Positions 1 to 11,079 of a stretch of 64,000 nucleotides of DNA are shown here, in pieces (the stretch's first letter is position 1; the number at the start of each line of letters is the position of its first letter). The notes below the pieces were generated by a model. That model was not told the origin of the DNA and did not search any database. It saw nothing but the letters and a program-made list of their open reading frames with translations. This DNA comes from Hyaloraphidium curvatum SAG 235-1 (lineage: Eukaryota > Fungi > Monoblepharomycota), in the NCBI GenBank assembly GCA_025558095.1, contig JAIVFI010000005.1, positions 186,001 through 250,000 on the forward strand, read 5' to 3'. The position numbers and the translations under genes are program-made.

Positions 1-252
1 CGTCATCTCCGGTGCGTGATTTCCGCGCCCGTCCGGACGGGGCATGTGCTGATCCCGCCCAAAGTCTTCTCCGCCCTCGCCCTCGCGCTGCTGCTCGTGC
101 TGCTCGCGCTGCTGGTCCGCTTCTGCATCCGGCGGAGGCGCGTGGGAACGAGGATGGAGAAATCGGGTTCGATCGCGGGGTTAGTGCCCGAGGTGGCCGA
201 GAAGGGCAAGCTGGACGGGGAGAACGTCTTCCTGAACGTTGCTGAGGAGTGA
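1..252 (+). CDS. 3' end of a membrane protein gene (partial, runs in from the left edge)
   Basis: Hydrophobic stretch VFSALALALLLVLLALLVRFCI followed by RRRR and a short tail ending at TGA 250-252. The 5' part lies outside the window. Confidence 0.5.
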   Translation, partial: RHLRCVISAPVRTGHVLIPPKVFSALALALLLVLLALLVRFCIRRRRVGTRMEKSGSIAGLVPEVAEKGKLDGENVFLNVAEE

Positions 253-889
253 AGATCGGAAAACTCGTCGGTGCGGGGCGGCGGAGCTGCCTGTGGGACA
301 CGCTATGCCTTCGAGGCTGGGGCCACAGGACGCTTTCCTCGCCTGGCGTGTGGTGGCATCGCTTGATGGAGTTGGCGGCGCTCGGGGTGGGGACAACTGG
401 TTGGCTTAATCAGGGTCAATCGTGGAGCACTCAGCTGACCTTTCTGGCAACAGGCACATCTGGCAGCATGGCATGCTTTATGTTCGTGAGCTTCGGCAGG
501 GTCGGGGAGAGAGGAGAAAGGAAAGGGAGGAGCGAGTGTACTTGGTCTACCGAGCAATTGCGATCTTGGATTCTGCTGCTACTGGCTTATAGCACCACTG
601 CCATAACTGTGTTACAGTGTCTACAGTATCGAACGCCAATGCCTGAAGGCTTCGGGTTTCCTGGGTGCCGGTCCCGCGGGATCATCGAGAATCCTCGTCG
701 TGCTTATACTGCATCGAAAAAAACAGGCTGGGAACAGAAGTTGGCATAATCTACTTTCCAGTTTTGTAGCGCCTTGCTCCGAGTCGGTGAGCATGGAGTC
801 ATCTCATCGCGAAGGGGGAAAGTCGGCTGAACTCCCAAAAGGTGGCGTCGAAGGGCGACTTGCCATTGCGTTTCCGCCTCGCCGCGACC

Positions 890-2404
890 ATGGCACAACA
901 GCGCCTGGTGTCAGACATCGCGTACTACGTCACGACGCCGCTGACGATCCTGGCGGCGGACGCGCGGGCCGCGGCGCTGCACGCTGTTCCTGCGCTCGGC
1001 AGAGTGCTCCCCACCGATGGCGCCGAGTCGCACCCGGGATGGCCGCTCGAGTACGCCCGAGCCGTTGCGGTCAGCCGCAATCTTCTCTGTATAGACCGAC
1101 ACCGACATAGCGTCGAACGGATCCGCCGAATCGAAGCAGCGCGCGACCGTTTCATCGCCTCTGTCGACGCCGCCAAGCACAGGACACCGGCGACGAAAGC
1201 GCACCAATGGACCCTGGCCGTGGACAGGCGGAAGCTGGACTCGCTGGAGAGGTTGCACAGCGGCTCCATCCCCGACTGGGCGGGCGTTTTGGGCGCTCCT
1301 GGGGAGCTGACGTGGCGTGTGCCCGAGGAGATTGAGGAACCGACTGCAGAGCATGCTCCCAGGCTTCCGGGCCGGAAACCTTCGGAGGAGATCATTCGGG
1401 TCGCGTGCGAGTACGTGCCGGCGCCATCAGATCCTTCCGAAGAGCCGGGAGCGAAAGCGCCGAAGCTCATTGTGCTGCTTCCCGGTGGCGGACTTGCCTT
1501 TGGGTCCGCGACGGGCGTACGGCCCTTTGCGCGGCGCTTGGCAGCTTTGCACCGCGCGCCAGTACTTTCGCTGACTTATCGGAAGCCGCCGGAGTACCCA
1601 TTCCCGGCCGGCGTGCGAGATTCGGCCTGCCTCCTCGGCTTCCTCACCGGTTCGCTTCCAACAGAGCTTTTCGATTCGTCGACTACGATCCCCCTCCAAA
1701 GGGCGTTCAAGCCGGAAGAGGTGCTGCTCGTCGGCAACAGCGCAGGCGGCGGTGTTTTGCTCTCGTCGCTGCTCTACCTCCGGCGATTCCTCCCCACGCC
1801 TGCCGACTCGACCTCCTTCCTCGGCTCGGTTCTCATTTCACCGTGGCTGGATTTGCGTTGCACTGGCCCGTCTTGGGAACTGAACGGGGCCAAAGACATC
1901 CTCCCGCCTTTCCTTCGCAACGGAGTTGATGGCCGAATCTACGGCTCGTCGCGTAACCCGGTCGGCGGCTACCTCGAAGGTCACGGTGGGGCCAGGACCG
2001 GATGGCATGACGGCCCGATGCAGCCTTCGTCCGCGCTCCTCTCGCATCCGCTTCTTTCTCCGGCACTTGCTCCCCCCGACTTGCTCGCTTCGCTCCCTCC
2101 GACCCTTCTGCACTCGGGCTCTCGAGAGGCCCTCTTGTCCGACGCCGCTGCCTTGCATGCTTCGCCGGCACGTACTGCTTGGGCCCTGCAGCGCGAAATG
2201 TGCCACGATTTCCGGATGCACGACGGCACGTATGTTCGTGCGGCAACGGAGGCGGAGAGGGGTTGGGTTGAAGATCTTGCCCGGGGCAGGGCTGGAGTAG
2301 GGAAGCGAGTTGTGGAGGTGACGGGAGAGCCCGCGGGCGCCTGGGAGGGATGGAAAGTAGGGCAAACAGGATGGCAGGGGAGCGCAGCATTGCAAGCTGC
2401 TTGA
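890..2404 (+). CDS. alpha/beta hydrolase, hormone-sensitive-lipase-like (Abhydrolase_3)
   Basis: Intronless ORF with LLPGGG (HGGG-like oxyanion motif), YRKPPEYPFPA, GNSAGG nucleophile elbow, LISPWLDL, LPPTLLHSG and MCHDF. First ATG at 890. Confidence 0.85.
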   Translation: MAQQRLVSDIAYYVTTPLTILAADARAAALHAVPALGRVLPTDGAESHPGWPLEYARAVAVSRNLLCIDRHRHSVERIRRIEAARDRFIASVDAAKHRTPATKAHQWTLAVDRRKLDSLERLHSGSIPDWAGVLGAPGELTWRVPEEIEEPTAEHAPRLPGRKPSEEIIRVACEYVPAPSDPSEEPGAKAPKLIVLLPGGGLAFGSATGVRPFARRLAALHRAPVLSLTYRKPPEYPFPAGVRDSACLLGFLTGSLPTELFDSSTTIPLQRAFKPEEVLLVGNSAGGGVLLSSLLYLRRFLPTPADSTSFLGSVLISPWLDLRCTGPSWELNGAKDILPPFLRNGVDGRIYGSSRNPVGGYLEGHGGARTGWHDGPMQPSSALLSHPLLSPALAPPDLLASLPPTLLHSGSREALLSDAAALHASPARTAWALQREMCHDFRMHDGTYVRAATEAERGWVEDLARGRAGVGKRVVEVTGEPAGAWEGWKVGQTGWQGSAALQAA

Positions 2405-2465
2405 GCAAAGGGGCTGCTGGCATGGGAAGAACGATGAAGGTAGACATAGAGTTTCAATTCGGTGC

Positions 2466-3785
2466 TCAATTCTTGTCTCTACGACCTGCGCCGAACTTCG
2501 CTTCCATTTCCTGCCTTGCAATCCAAGCAGCATTTGCTTGCGGCGCCTCCACATCCGACTTCCTCACAATCTCACCTCTCCGTACCGACTTCTTCAATCG
2601 CACACCGTGCGCGAGCCCGATCGGCAGCGTGCCCTCGTGCGAGGCAAGTGCCGATGGCACGAGGCGACCGTAAACCGTCCAACCTCCCTCTCCGTCGAGC
2701 ATCTCGCCTGCATTCAGATCCTTCTTGGCCACAGATGCCACGTCCCCGAGCCACGACCTCGCCTGCCCAGTGGGCTCGCCACGCAGCGCGGCGTTGAGCA
2801 CGCTGATGCCCAGCTCGAGGCCGATCAGGTGGAACGGTTTGTACATCGCCGCATACCATCCGCATGGGCTCGTTCGGAGGCCGTACTGCTTGAAGCATGC
2901 GGCAGCGTAGCTGTTGGGAGCGCGGAAGACGGCAAAGACGCCCCAGCGCAGGTCGTTGGGGACTTCGCGCCCGTCGCGATAAAGAGACGATACGACCTCG
3001 ACAGTCCCTGTGCGCTCAAGCATGCCGCCAGCCTCCTTGGGTACAAGCACGGAGGCCAACGACTCCGCGGGGCACGGAGGAAAGAGTAGTCCGTCGTCGC
3101 GGTGTGGAGGGAGGCCGCACGCATTCGCCACCGCCGCCATCTCGATGGCGCTTTTGGTGCCATCCAAAAAGCTGTTGAACATCTGAGAATTCATACCGGC
3201 CTTTTTGGCCTCCTCCGAAGAGAGGCCGTAGTGTTTCCACACCCCGTCGGGTGTCACCTCGTGATACTCGGGCAAGTACTTGGTCCCCTTGCCTGCAGCG
3301 ACGACCTCAAAGCCGGCCGATCGCGCCCAGTCTACGATTTCCGCGATGAGTGCCGGTTGGTCCCCGTATGCCAGCGAGTACACGACGCCGGCGTCCCTGG
3401 CTTCCGCGGCGAGCAGCGGGCCGACCAGACAATCCGCCTCGACGTTCACCATGACGACGTGCTTCCGGTTCCTGAACGCCTCGCGGGCATGGGCGATTCC
3501 CGCGGCCGGGCTGCCCGTGGCCTCCACCACGACGTCCACGTCTTCTCTGGCGGCAAGCTCCGCCCCGGATTTGAGGAATGAAGTCCGGGCCGTGCGCTCC
3601 GAAGACCAGCCCACTTCGCGGACAGCTGCCCGGGCACGCGAAGGATCCAAGTCGGCGATGGCGGTCACTTCCAGGCCACGCGAGGTAGGAACCTGGTTCA
3701 GGAACATGGAGCCAAACTTTCCAGAGCCGATGAGGCCGACCCGAATGGGATTGGCCCTCGAAAGAAGCAGCGATTGAAGGCTCAT
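2466..3785 (-). CDS. NAD(P)-dependent oxidoreductase, homoserine-dehydrogenase-like with C-terminal SAF domain (COG4091), bacterial type
   Basis: Intronless, 439 aa. Rossmann VGLIGSGKFG, VVVEATG, KHVVMVNVEAD, YGDQP, AAGKG, FLDGTKSAIEMAAVANA, and SAF domain AKKDLNAGEMLDGEGG...LPIGLAHG. Confidence 0.9.
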   Translation of the reverse strand: MSLQSLLLSRANPIRVGLIGSGKFGSMFLNQVPTSRGLEVTAIADLDPSRARAAVREVGWSSERTARTSFLKSGAELAAREDVDVVVEATGSPAAGIAHAREAFRNRKHVVMVNVEADCLVGPLLAAEARDAGVVYSLAYGDQPALIAEIVDWARSAGFEVVAAGKGTKYLPEYHEVTPDGVWKHYGLSSEEAKKAGMNSQMFNSFLDGTKSAIEMAAVANACGLPPHRDDGLLFPPCPAESLASVLVPKEAGGMLERTGTVEVVSSLYRDGREVPNDLRWGVFAVFRAPNSYAAACFKQYGLRTSPCGWYAAMYKPFHLIGLELGISVLNAALRGEPTGQARSWLGDVASVAKKDLNAGEMLDGEGGWTVYGRLVPSALASHEGTLPIGLAHGVRLKKSVRRGEIVRKSDVEAPQANAAWIARQEMEAKFGAGRRDKN

Positions 3786-4067
3786 TTCGACCCCTCGTTT
3801 GAAGCACCGTCAAGGGGAAACAAGGTCTTTGAGGGTATCGTCCGATATCGGACCCCTCCAATCTTTGCGAGAGGAAGCTTTCCTTGCCGAACTCCCTAAG
3901 GTCGAGCGCTGCCTCGCGGTCGTTGTTCGGGTTGACTTCCGCGCAGTTCGCCGCTCGCCACCACCGCCGTCTCCCGCGCACCTCAAAGCTTTCCTGGCCC
4001 TTGAGGGGCTCGTAAAGAAGCTTGACATCGTTTTCCACATCTTTTGAACTCTGCGCCGTCCGCCGCC

Positions 4068-5283
4068 ATGGCTCCCGCACTGAGCGAGGCCCAGCTGAAG
4101 CAGTTTTCGGAAGAGGGCTGGCTGCTCATCCCCAACGTCTTCTCGCCCACCGAATGCGAGCTGCTCCGGCGCGAGGCCGAGGCCATCTACTCGCAGCAGC
4201 GGCAGGAGATATTCCGGGAGAAGAGCGGGGCGCCGCGGACGGCCTTCGCCGCTCACACGTACAATACCGCTTTCGGAGCTCTGGGGAGGGACGGGAGGCT
4301 GCTGGCACCCGTCGAGCAGATTTTCGGGGAGAGGACTTACATGGTTAGGATCCGGCTGCAGAATGGAGGCCAGCTATTGGGCAGGAGCCGGCGGCGTGGC
4401 CGATTCGTGGCACTGGAACTGACAACGCCCTCTCTCCCAGCACCAGTTCAAAATCAACGCCAAGGCGGCTTTCACTGGAGAAGTCTGGCAGTGGCATCAG
4501 GTCTGTGTGTCGATGTTGCCCTTTCGCAGCTCCAGGATTACTCACGCTCGATCTCGCACACTTCTTTCCTTTGAACGACTCCTCTCCTCTGTGAACCTCT
4601 TCTCTCTTCTACGAACCTGCTCTTCTCTTCTGCTTATTTTCTGGCGCTCATTTCTGCGGTCCTCGCACCTCCGCCTCATGGTTCGTGCCTGCAGGACTAC
4701 GGCACGTGGCTCCGAGACGATGGAATGCCGGAACCGCGAGCCATGAACATCGCCGTCTTCCTGGATCCGGTCATGGCGATCAACGGACCCCTGATGGTGT
4801 GCACCCTCGCCTGCTTTTCTATCGCGTTCCGAGCTAAAGCTTCCCCAGCTCATCCCCCGCTCGCACCGCGCCGGCAACCTCAAAGCCGGCCACGACCGCT
4901 CGACCACCAACTACCCCCTCTGGACGCTCGACGAAGGCGACGTCGCCCGCCTCGCGGACGAGGGCGGCATTGTCGCGCCCACCGGCGCCGCGGGCTCGGT
5001 GCTCCTCTTCCACGGGAACCTCGTGGTGCGCCCCGCCCCGGCTTCCCCGCTTGACCCGTGCTCACGCCCCGTCCCGCAGCACGGCTCGGCACCCAACATC
5101 ACCCCGTACCCCCGCCGCATCGTCTACCTCACCCTCAACGCCGTGTCGAACCACATCCGCACCCCCACGCGGCCCGACTGGATCGCGCACAGGGACTTTG
5201 CGCCGATACAGCACGGGCCGCCGGGGGAGCTGGAGGCGATGGCCAGGGCGGGAGGGGCCGCGGGGCCGGAGGCGAGGCTGTGA
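4068..5283 (+). CDS. Fe(II)/2-oxoglutarate dioxygenase, PhyH/ectoine-hydroxylase/proline-hydroxylase-like, with C-terminal PTS1 (ARL)
   Basis: Exons 4068-4343, 4441-4500, 4695-4796, 4849-5025 and 5080-5283, all GT-AG. The spliced protein reads YMHQFKINAK..WQWHQDYGTW..DGMPEPRAMN..NGPLMLIPRSH..GSVLLFHGNLVHGSAPNITPYPR, giving the HxD...H triad plus the 2OG-binding Arg. Confidence 0.9.
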
Positions 5284-6088
5284 TGGGTGCGGCCGCCGGG
5301 GGGGAATCGTTGCGAGGTTCTTGCAGGATTCTGTGTCGTTCGGGATGCAACGTGCAATCGAAAAGCCCACGTCTACTCTCCTTCTTGACGAGTCAACGAT
5401 CGTTCGTCGCAATCTTTTGATTGCAGGCGTATGTGGCCGGCCAGGATGCCGTCGAGGCAGGCATGCCGCAGATTGTTGCGGGCGCAACATCCCGCACCCG
5501 CAACTCTGCCGCAACGCCAAGCCTCCCGGTCCGGCCACTCGGAGCTACATCCTCGCGTTTCTCGGCCGCCAGAACCCGCAGCTTCCTGCCGTGCGGAGTT
5601 TTCGCGGCGTCCCTGACTTGCTGAGCGGGCGGCTCGTAAAACCCCCCTCGGCCCGAGCGGGCGGAAGGCCCTTCGTCGGCCGCGGGAGGAGGCCTGCGGC
5701 CCGCGCGACGTCGAATTGGAAGTTCGAATTCGATGCCTGCGCATTCGCGCCGCATGAATTTGCATGGGCGGGCCGCGGACGGGGGGCCGGAACGACCGCC
5801 TGCGGCGTACCTCCCGCCCGCCCGACTCCGGCGCCGGAACGCGCCTCCCGGACCCTGCGGACGGCCCTGGACAGCTTCACGGACAGCTCCGGACATCTCC
5901 TTGACCGCGAATGACCGAGTGCTATTATATATGTGATGGTGCCACTTGACTTTGTCGATGACATGCAGGCCCTTTTGCGTCGCCGGCAACACAGAGTCTA
6001 TCGTGCCGCGCATGCGCCTTGATCCTCCTCCATTCCATTAGTTACCCCAGCAGTCACAAACCCAAAACGGAGCTGCGAAAAAGAAAGC

Positions 6089-7529
6089 CTAGAAAGCCTC
6101 GGGGGCGGGCGTGGCCAGGGCCTTGAGCGCCCGGCGGAACTTGCCGTCGGCGTCGCGGCGGCCGATCATCTCGCGGCGGCCGAGGCGGAACGTGTTGGTC
6201 TCCTGCATGCGGGGCGGGGCGTCAGGGGGTTGCGCAGGAGATGCTTCGCCGGAGGGGGACCCACCGTGACCGTGACCGGGATGCTGGTGGCACCGGGGGG
6301 GATGTCGGGCTGGCCCGCGGCGTTGGAGGCGAAAATCGTCGTGCCCTGCGCAGGAGCGCCGGCCACAATCACGAGCGCGAAGCTCCCGGGGAACGGAAGG
6401 GGGTTGGCGAGCCTGATGACGCAAGAGCCGGAGGCATCCGTGGTGCAACGGCCGAGCTCGGCAGTGCTGGGGAGCGGACCCTGGAGCGCGACAGTGGCGC
6501 CCGCAACCGGGTTGCCCTGACGGTCGAGAAGACCTGTGCGAAAAGGAGCACACGTCAGCATGTCAAGGACACCATCGTCATGCACACGCACGGCGGACGG
6601 TCTGCGAGAAGACGGAAACCGGCACGGAGGCAGCAGCCGACTGCGTGGCGGTCCTGGTGACGGTCTTGGTGGCGGTCTTGACGGTGGTGGTCTTGACACG
6701 GGTGGTGGTCTTGGTGCGGGTGGTGAACCGGGTCGAGCGCGGGCAGCACAGCCGGACGTTGCCGCCGTTGTTGTTGGCGTTGGCGCCGAGGCGGGGGTTG
6801 ACGCCGTTGGGGCAGGCCGGGCACAGGTTGCGGGCAAAGAGCTCGTGGCCGGGGGCCTCGGAGTACTCCTCGTCGACCTCCTCGGCGGCGTTGACCTCGG
6901 GCACCTCGGGCACGTCGCGCTCGGCGACGTCGACCTCGGGGGCGGCGACCTCCTCCTCCGCGACCTCGGGCTCGGGCAGGGAGCGCTCCTCCACCTCGGG
7001 CACGACGTCGCGCTCCATGCGGCGGCGGTTCAGGGTGGTGGTAGTGACGGTGCGGGTGACGGTCCTGGTGCGCTTGACGGTCTTGATGGCGGTCTTGGTG
7101 GTGAACTTGGTGGAGACGACGACCCTGGGGCGTTTGGGGCTGTGGGAGGGGGGAGGGGGGAGGGGGACCTGTCAGCACCTCGCCGATGGCAGCGGCCGGC
7201 CGGCGCCCACCAGCAGCAGTCACCGCCGACGCTCTGGCCGGACACGCTGCGGCGGGGCGGGGGAGGAGTCAGCGGGGGCGATGCGGGGCGCGGGGGGGGG
7301 ACCGACCAGGTGTTGCCCTTCACCCAGGAGATCTGGTTGTTCGAGTTGGGCGACACGCCCTGGGCGGCGGCGGGGGCGGCGCCGAGCAGCGCGGCCGCGG
7401 CGCACAGCGCCAGGACGGCCAGGAGGGCCTGCGGGGGGCGTGGCGCGGGGAGCGGGGGAGCGCGGTGAGTCGCCGCGCGGCACCGATCCGGGCGGCCGCG
7501 CGCACCTTCGACGCGGACAGCTGCATCAT
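6089..7529 (-). CDS. secreted Cys/Thr-rich protein of unknown function (multi-exon)
   Basis: Spliced N-terminus MMQLSASK/ALLAVLALCAAAALLGAAPAAAQ is a signal peptide. It is followed by CC plus a basic Thr-rich strand, an acidic spacer, ELFARNLCPACP...LCCP, a second Thr-rich strand and a beta-rich domain (LLDRQGNPVAGATVALQ..CTTDASG). The last exon ends PAPEAF at stop 6089-6091. Confidence 0.7.
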
Positions 7530-8879
7530 GCCGGCGGCGCGGGGGCGGCGGGCGCGGAGGGCGGGCTGCCGGGCACAGACGCGGGGGGAGGAGAAGACTC
7601 GCGTCTGCCGCAGCGCAGGGCTGGTGAATCTGACTTCATGTTGGGCTCATCGCAAACCAATGGCCTCTCCGCGTCCCCGCCGGCCCCATCACGCCGTCCG
7701 TCCGCCACAGCGGGGGGCGCAGGTGGATCAGGAACCTCTGCCGACGCTCGGATGGGCCCCCGGACAGGCACAGGACGACCTTCGAGCGTCGGACTCTCCA
7801 CAGCCTGCATCAGCCAGGCGCATAGCTCACCCCAATCAGATTCTCATGGAAAGACGAGTCATAGGCACTTTGCAGGGCCCCCTGCCCCGCAGTCGGCCGC
7901 CAATCGCACGTCCATTGACCACACGCAGTTCCTCCGGCCGGCCGCGGGCGGTTCCGACGTCTTCCAGCGCGCGAAAACGAATAAACAGAATCCTATCGCA
8001 TTCCTTTTCGGATACCGGACCGGTGCCCCCGCCCCGCGCCGCCCCCCTGCCCCCTCCGCACCCCCCGATCGGACCAAACACCTCGGAATCCCGCCATACC
8101 CCGGCGGCGGCCGCGCTTCGGCTTCGGCGCCCCGTCGCCGCGGGGGAGGGCGGTCCCCCTCGCTGCGTCCCTGACGCCTTCAGGGGTCCTTCGCCCCGAA
8201 CGTCCGCAGCCGCAGCACGCTTTCCCCGCGGTCCATAAAAGTCAAATGAGTGGCGTTGGACGTAGTTCCGACAGCCATCCGCCGCAGCAGACGATTTACA
8301 GAGCCGCGATGTCCCCGGCAGATAGGGAACCCCGAAAGGGAAGCCACAACTGTGAGGCCGTCGGCTTCGGCCCCGTTCCGCGGACATCCCCCGCTCCCCG
8401 TACTGTGTCTCCGGCAAGAATAGAAGCCATCCAGCCGCCGATTGGCAGCTGTTCCCTGGGCGAGCGGTCGGGTGCGAAAGGGCGGGCGAGGGACCCGCAG
8501 CCGATCGCCCATCGCCCCACATCGAGCCCGCAGGCTTAGAGCCCCGGGTCCAGTTTCGGTGGCGGATGGCCCGTCGGCCTTCCTGTTTGCCGTGCGAAGC
8601 CGTCCCTGTTCCGGTGACCCATCGATCGCCCCGGGCCAGCGACCGCGAGGCATCCCGTGCCGCCGTGCGACAAAGAGCAACAGCGGCGCTGAAATTGCTT
8701 GTATGGAGCGGAAGAGACGCGGTTCGACGGGTACATTTCTTGAAATGCGCTTGGGGGCCGAGTTGGATAGTGGGACCATGAGTCTGGCCTGCCACGCCAA
8801 GGCACACGCAGCGTTCCAAAGACGGTCGATGTTGGGCCCCGCGGCCCGAAATCGGGGCACCGACACCGGTGGCGGGGCA

Positions 8880-10914
8880 ATGCTGTACCGCAGCGGCCCG
8901 GGGGCCCGGTCCTCTGGCCGCCGGCGAACACGGGGCCCGCCCTTGCCAGTGTTGCTGCGGACCCTGCTCCTCGCGCTCCTCGCGGCGCTCCTCCCCCTCC
9001 TCGCCGCGGCAAAGAAGCGCGAGCACCGGGAAGATGACCCCCCGCCCGGCCCGCGCCCGCAGAAGCCGCGGCCCAACATCGGCGACCGCTACACGGACAA
9101 CTCGAAGGTCGCCATCCTGACGTACCTCTCCGAGGCCCCGAAAAAGGGCTACGTCGCGCTGCAGGACTACCGCTCCATCGAGCCGCTTGCGGCGCACTCG
9201 ATGCGGACCTACGCGCGGCGGCACGGGTACGCGTTCGAGATGAGCACGGCGCCCGTGTCGGCGGCCCGGGAGGCCTACTGGGCAAAGATCGACCTGATAA
9301 AGGAAACGCTGGCAAAGGGGTACGACTGGGTCCTGTACACGGACATCGACGTGCTCTTTTTGGACCACACGAGGCGGCTGCAGGAGTTCATGGTGGACGC
9401 GGACGTCATAACCACCGGCGAGTGCATGGCGGGGGAGGACAGGGGGCACACGTTGCCGATCGTGCGGTCCGGGTTCATGCTCTTCCGCAACTCGCCCGCG
9501 GCGCGGAATTTCCTGGACATCTGGGCGCAGTCGTACGAGTTTTACCGCGACGTCGGGAACCCGGAGCAGTCGGCGCTCGAGACGCTCCATTCGTCGGAGG
9601 AGTTCGGGGACCGGATCTACCTGCAGGACTGGAAGAAGATGCACTCGTACGACACGTGCGATTTCGGGTACGGCGCCTTCTCGATGCACTTCCCGGGGCA
9701 CAACAAGGTCGAGCGCCTCTCGCGGGTGTGGATCCTCGCGGGCACCCTGCCGGGCGCGGATTTCGACTGGGCGCGGGACGAGGAGCTGTCGGTGCTCGCG
9801 GCGCGCGCGCTGCGCGGCCGGCTGGCCAACTTCCGCTACGGCGCAAGGGTGCAGCCGGGGACGCCGACCTTTGACCCGAACCGGACCGAGATCGCCGACA
9901 TACAGCGGTGCCTGGCCAACGCGACGGCGGAGGAGTACGAGGTGGACGCCGATTACAACTTTGGCTACCACCGCTACGCCCACTACTACGAGTTTGCGTG
10001 GCCCCAGAACAACATCCCCTCTGTGGTCTACTTCACCGTGCCCGCGCGCGACAAGATCCCCGAAAACATCCAGGCCAACATCGATTCCTGGGCCAAGCTC
10101 AACCCGGGGTTCAGGATCGTGGTGCACGACGACGCCGACATGGACCGGCTGGCGCGGCTGCTCCTCCCGACCATCTACGCGGTGTGGAAGAAGCTCCTGC
10201 CGGTGCAAAAGGCCGACATCTACCGGTACATCGTCACGGGCCTGCTGGGGGGATACTACGGCGACGCGGACACGGTCTGCAAGAGGCCGATCCTGCAATG
10301 GGGCCACGGGGGCAAGACGGCCTTTGTCTCGGGCGTCGAGGCGCAGAACGTCAAGGTCGAGGGGGAGAAGTACCACCCGGGCCAGCGCACGGTGCAGCTC
10401 ACGCAGTACGCGTTCGCGTCGGCGGCCTTCCACCCGATCATGCTGGACCTGCTGGCCAAGATCGTCAGTTTCGCCGACGTCATCGTCGCCTCGTCGGAAC
10501 CCACCCTCACGGACACGCAGAGGCTGGCGCGCATCCTCGCGACGACGGGTGGGTGTTCTTTCGTGCGGTTTCTGCGATTGCTTGCTGGCTGACCCGCAAT
10601 CGATCGCAGGCCCCGTCATATTCACCGACTGCATCGTCCAGTACGCGTGCTACATCAACGCCTCTTCCACCCCCAACACGCTCTGGGACGGGGGATCGGT
10701 CCCCGGCCTGCGGATCTTTGGCATCGAGGGCTTCGGCGCGGGGCAGTACCACTCGCTGGCCCCGCCGGCGACGGACAAGAGGGTGCTCGTGCACCACGTG
10801 TTCGGGGCGTCCAAGGCGCTCAAGGGCGAGGCGTGGTTCAGGCAGAAGAGGGAGGCCGCGGCGAAGGAGAAGGAGAAGGAAAAGGCGGGGGTGCCGGGGA
10901 AGGCGCCGGCATAG
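8880..10914 (+). CDS. two-domain glycosyltransferase: GT34 (GMA12/MNN10-like) fused to GT32 (OCH1/SUR1-like DXD)
   Basis: N-terminal hydrophobic anchor. GT34 motifs YARRHGY, YWAKIDLI, YDWVLYTDIDV, SGFMLFRN, PEQSAL and HFPG. GT32 motifs NIPSVV, SWAKLNPGF, VQKADIYRY, GGYYGDAD and HPIM. Intron 10549-10609 restores TTGPVIFT. Confidence 0.85.
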
Positions 10915-11079
10915 GCATGCTTGGAGACAGTGGCTCTGTCTTGCGGGCTCATGGCGCTCGCTCACATCTCTGCTCACTAGTATCTGAATTACATTATTCG
11001 ATTATGAGGCCGGATGATCCGCGTGGCACGGTTCGTCGATTTGGTCGATTCGAACCGTTTACTGAACGGCAAGTCTTCC

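Noticed and set aside
7836-10634. 932-aa minus-strand ORF, and the many other long antisense or alternate-frame ORFs in the track
   Set aside because: These are shadow ORFs of real genes caused by high GC3 codon bias. They are Arg/Gly/Pro-rich with no motifs.
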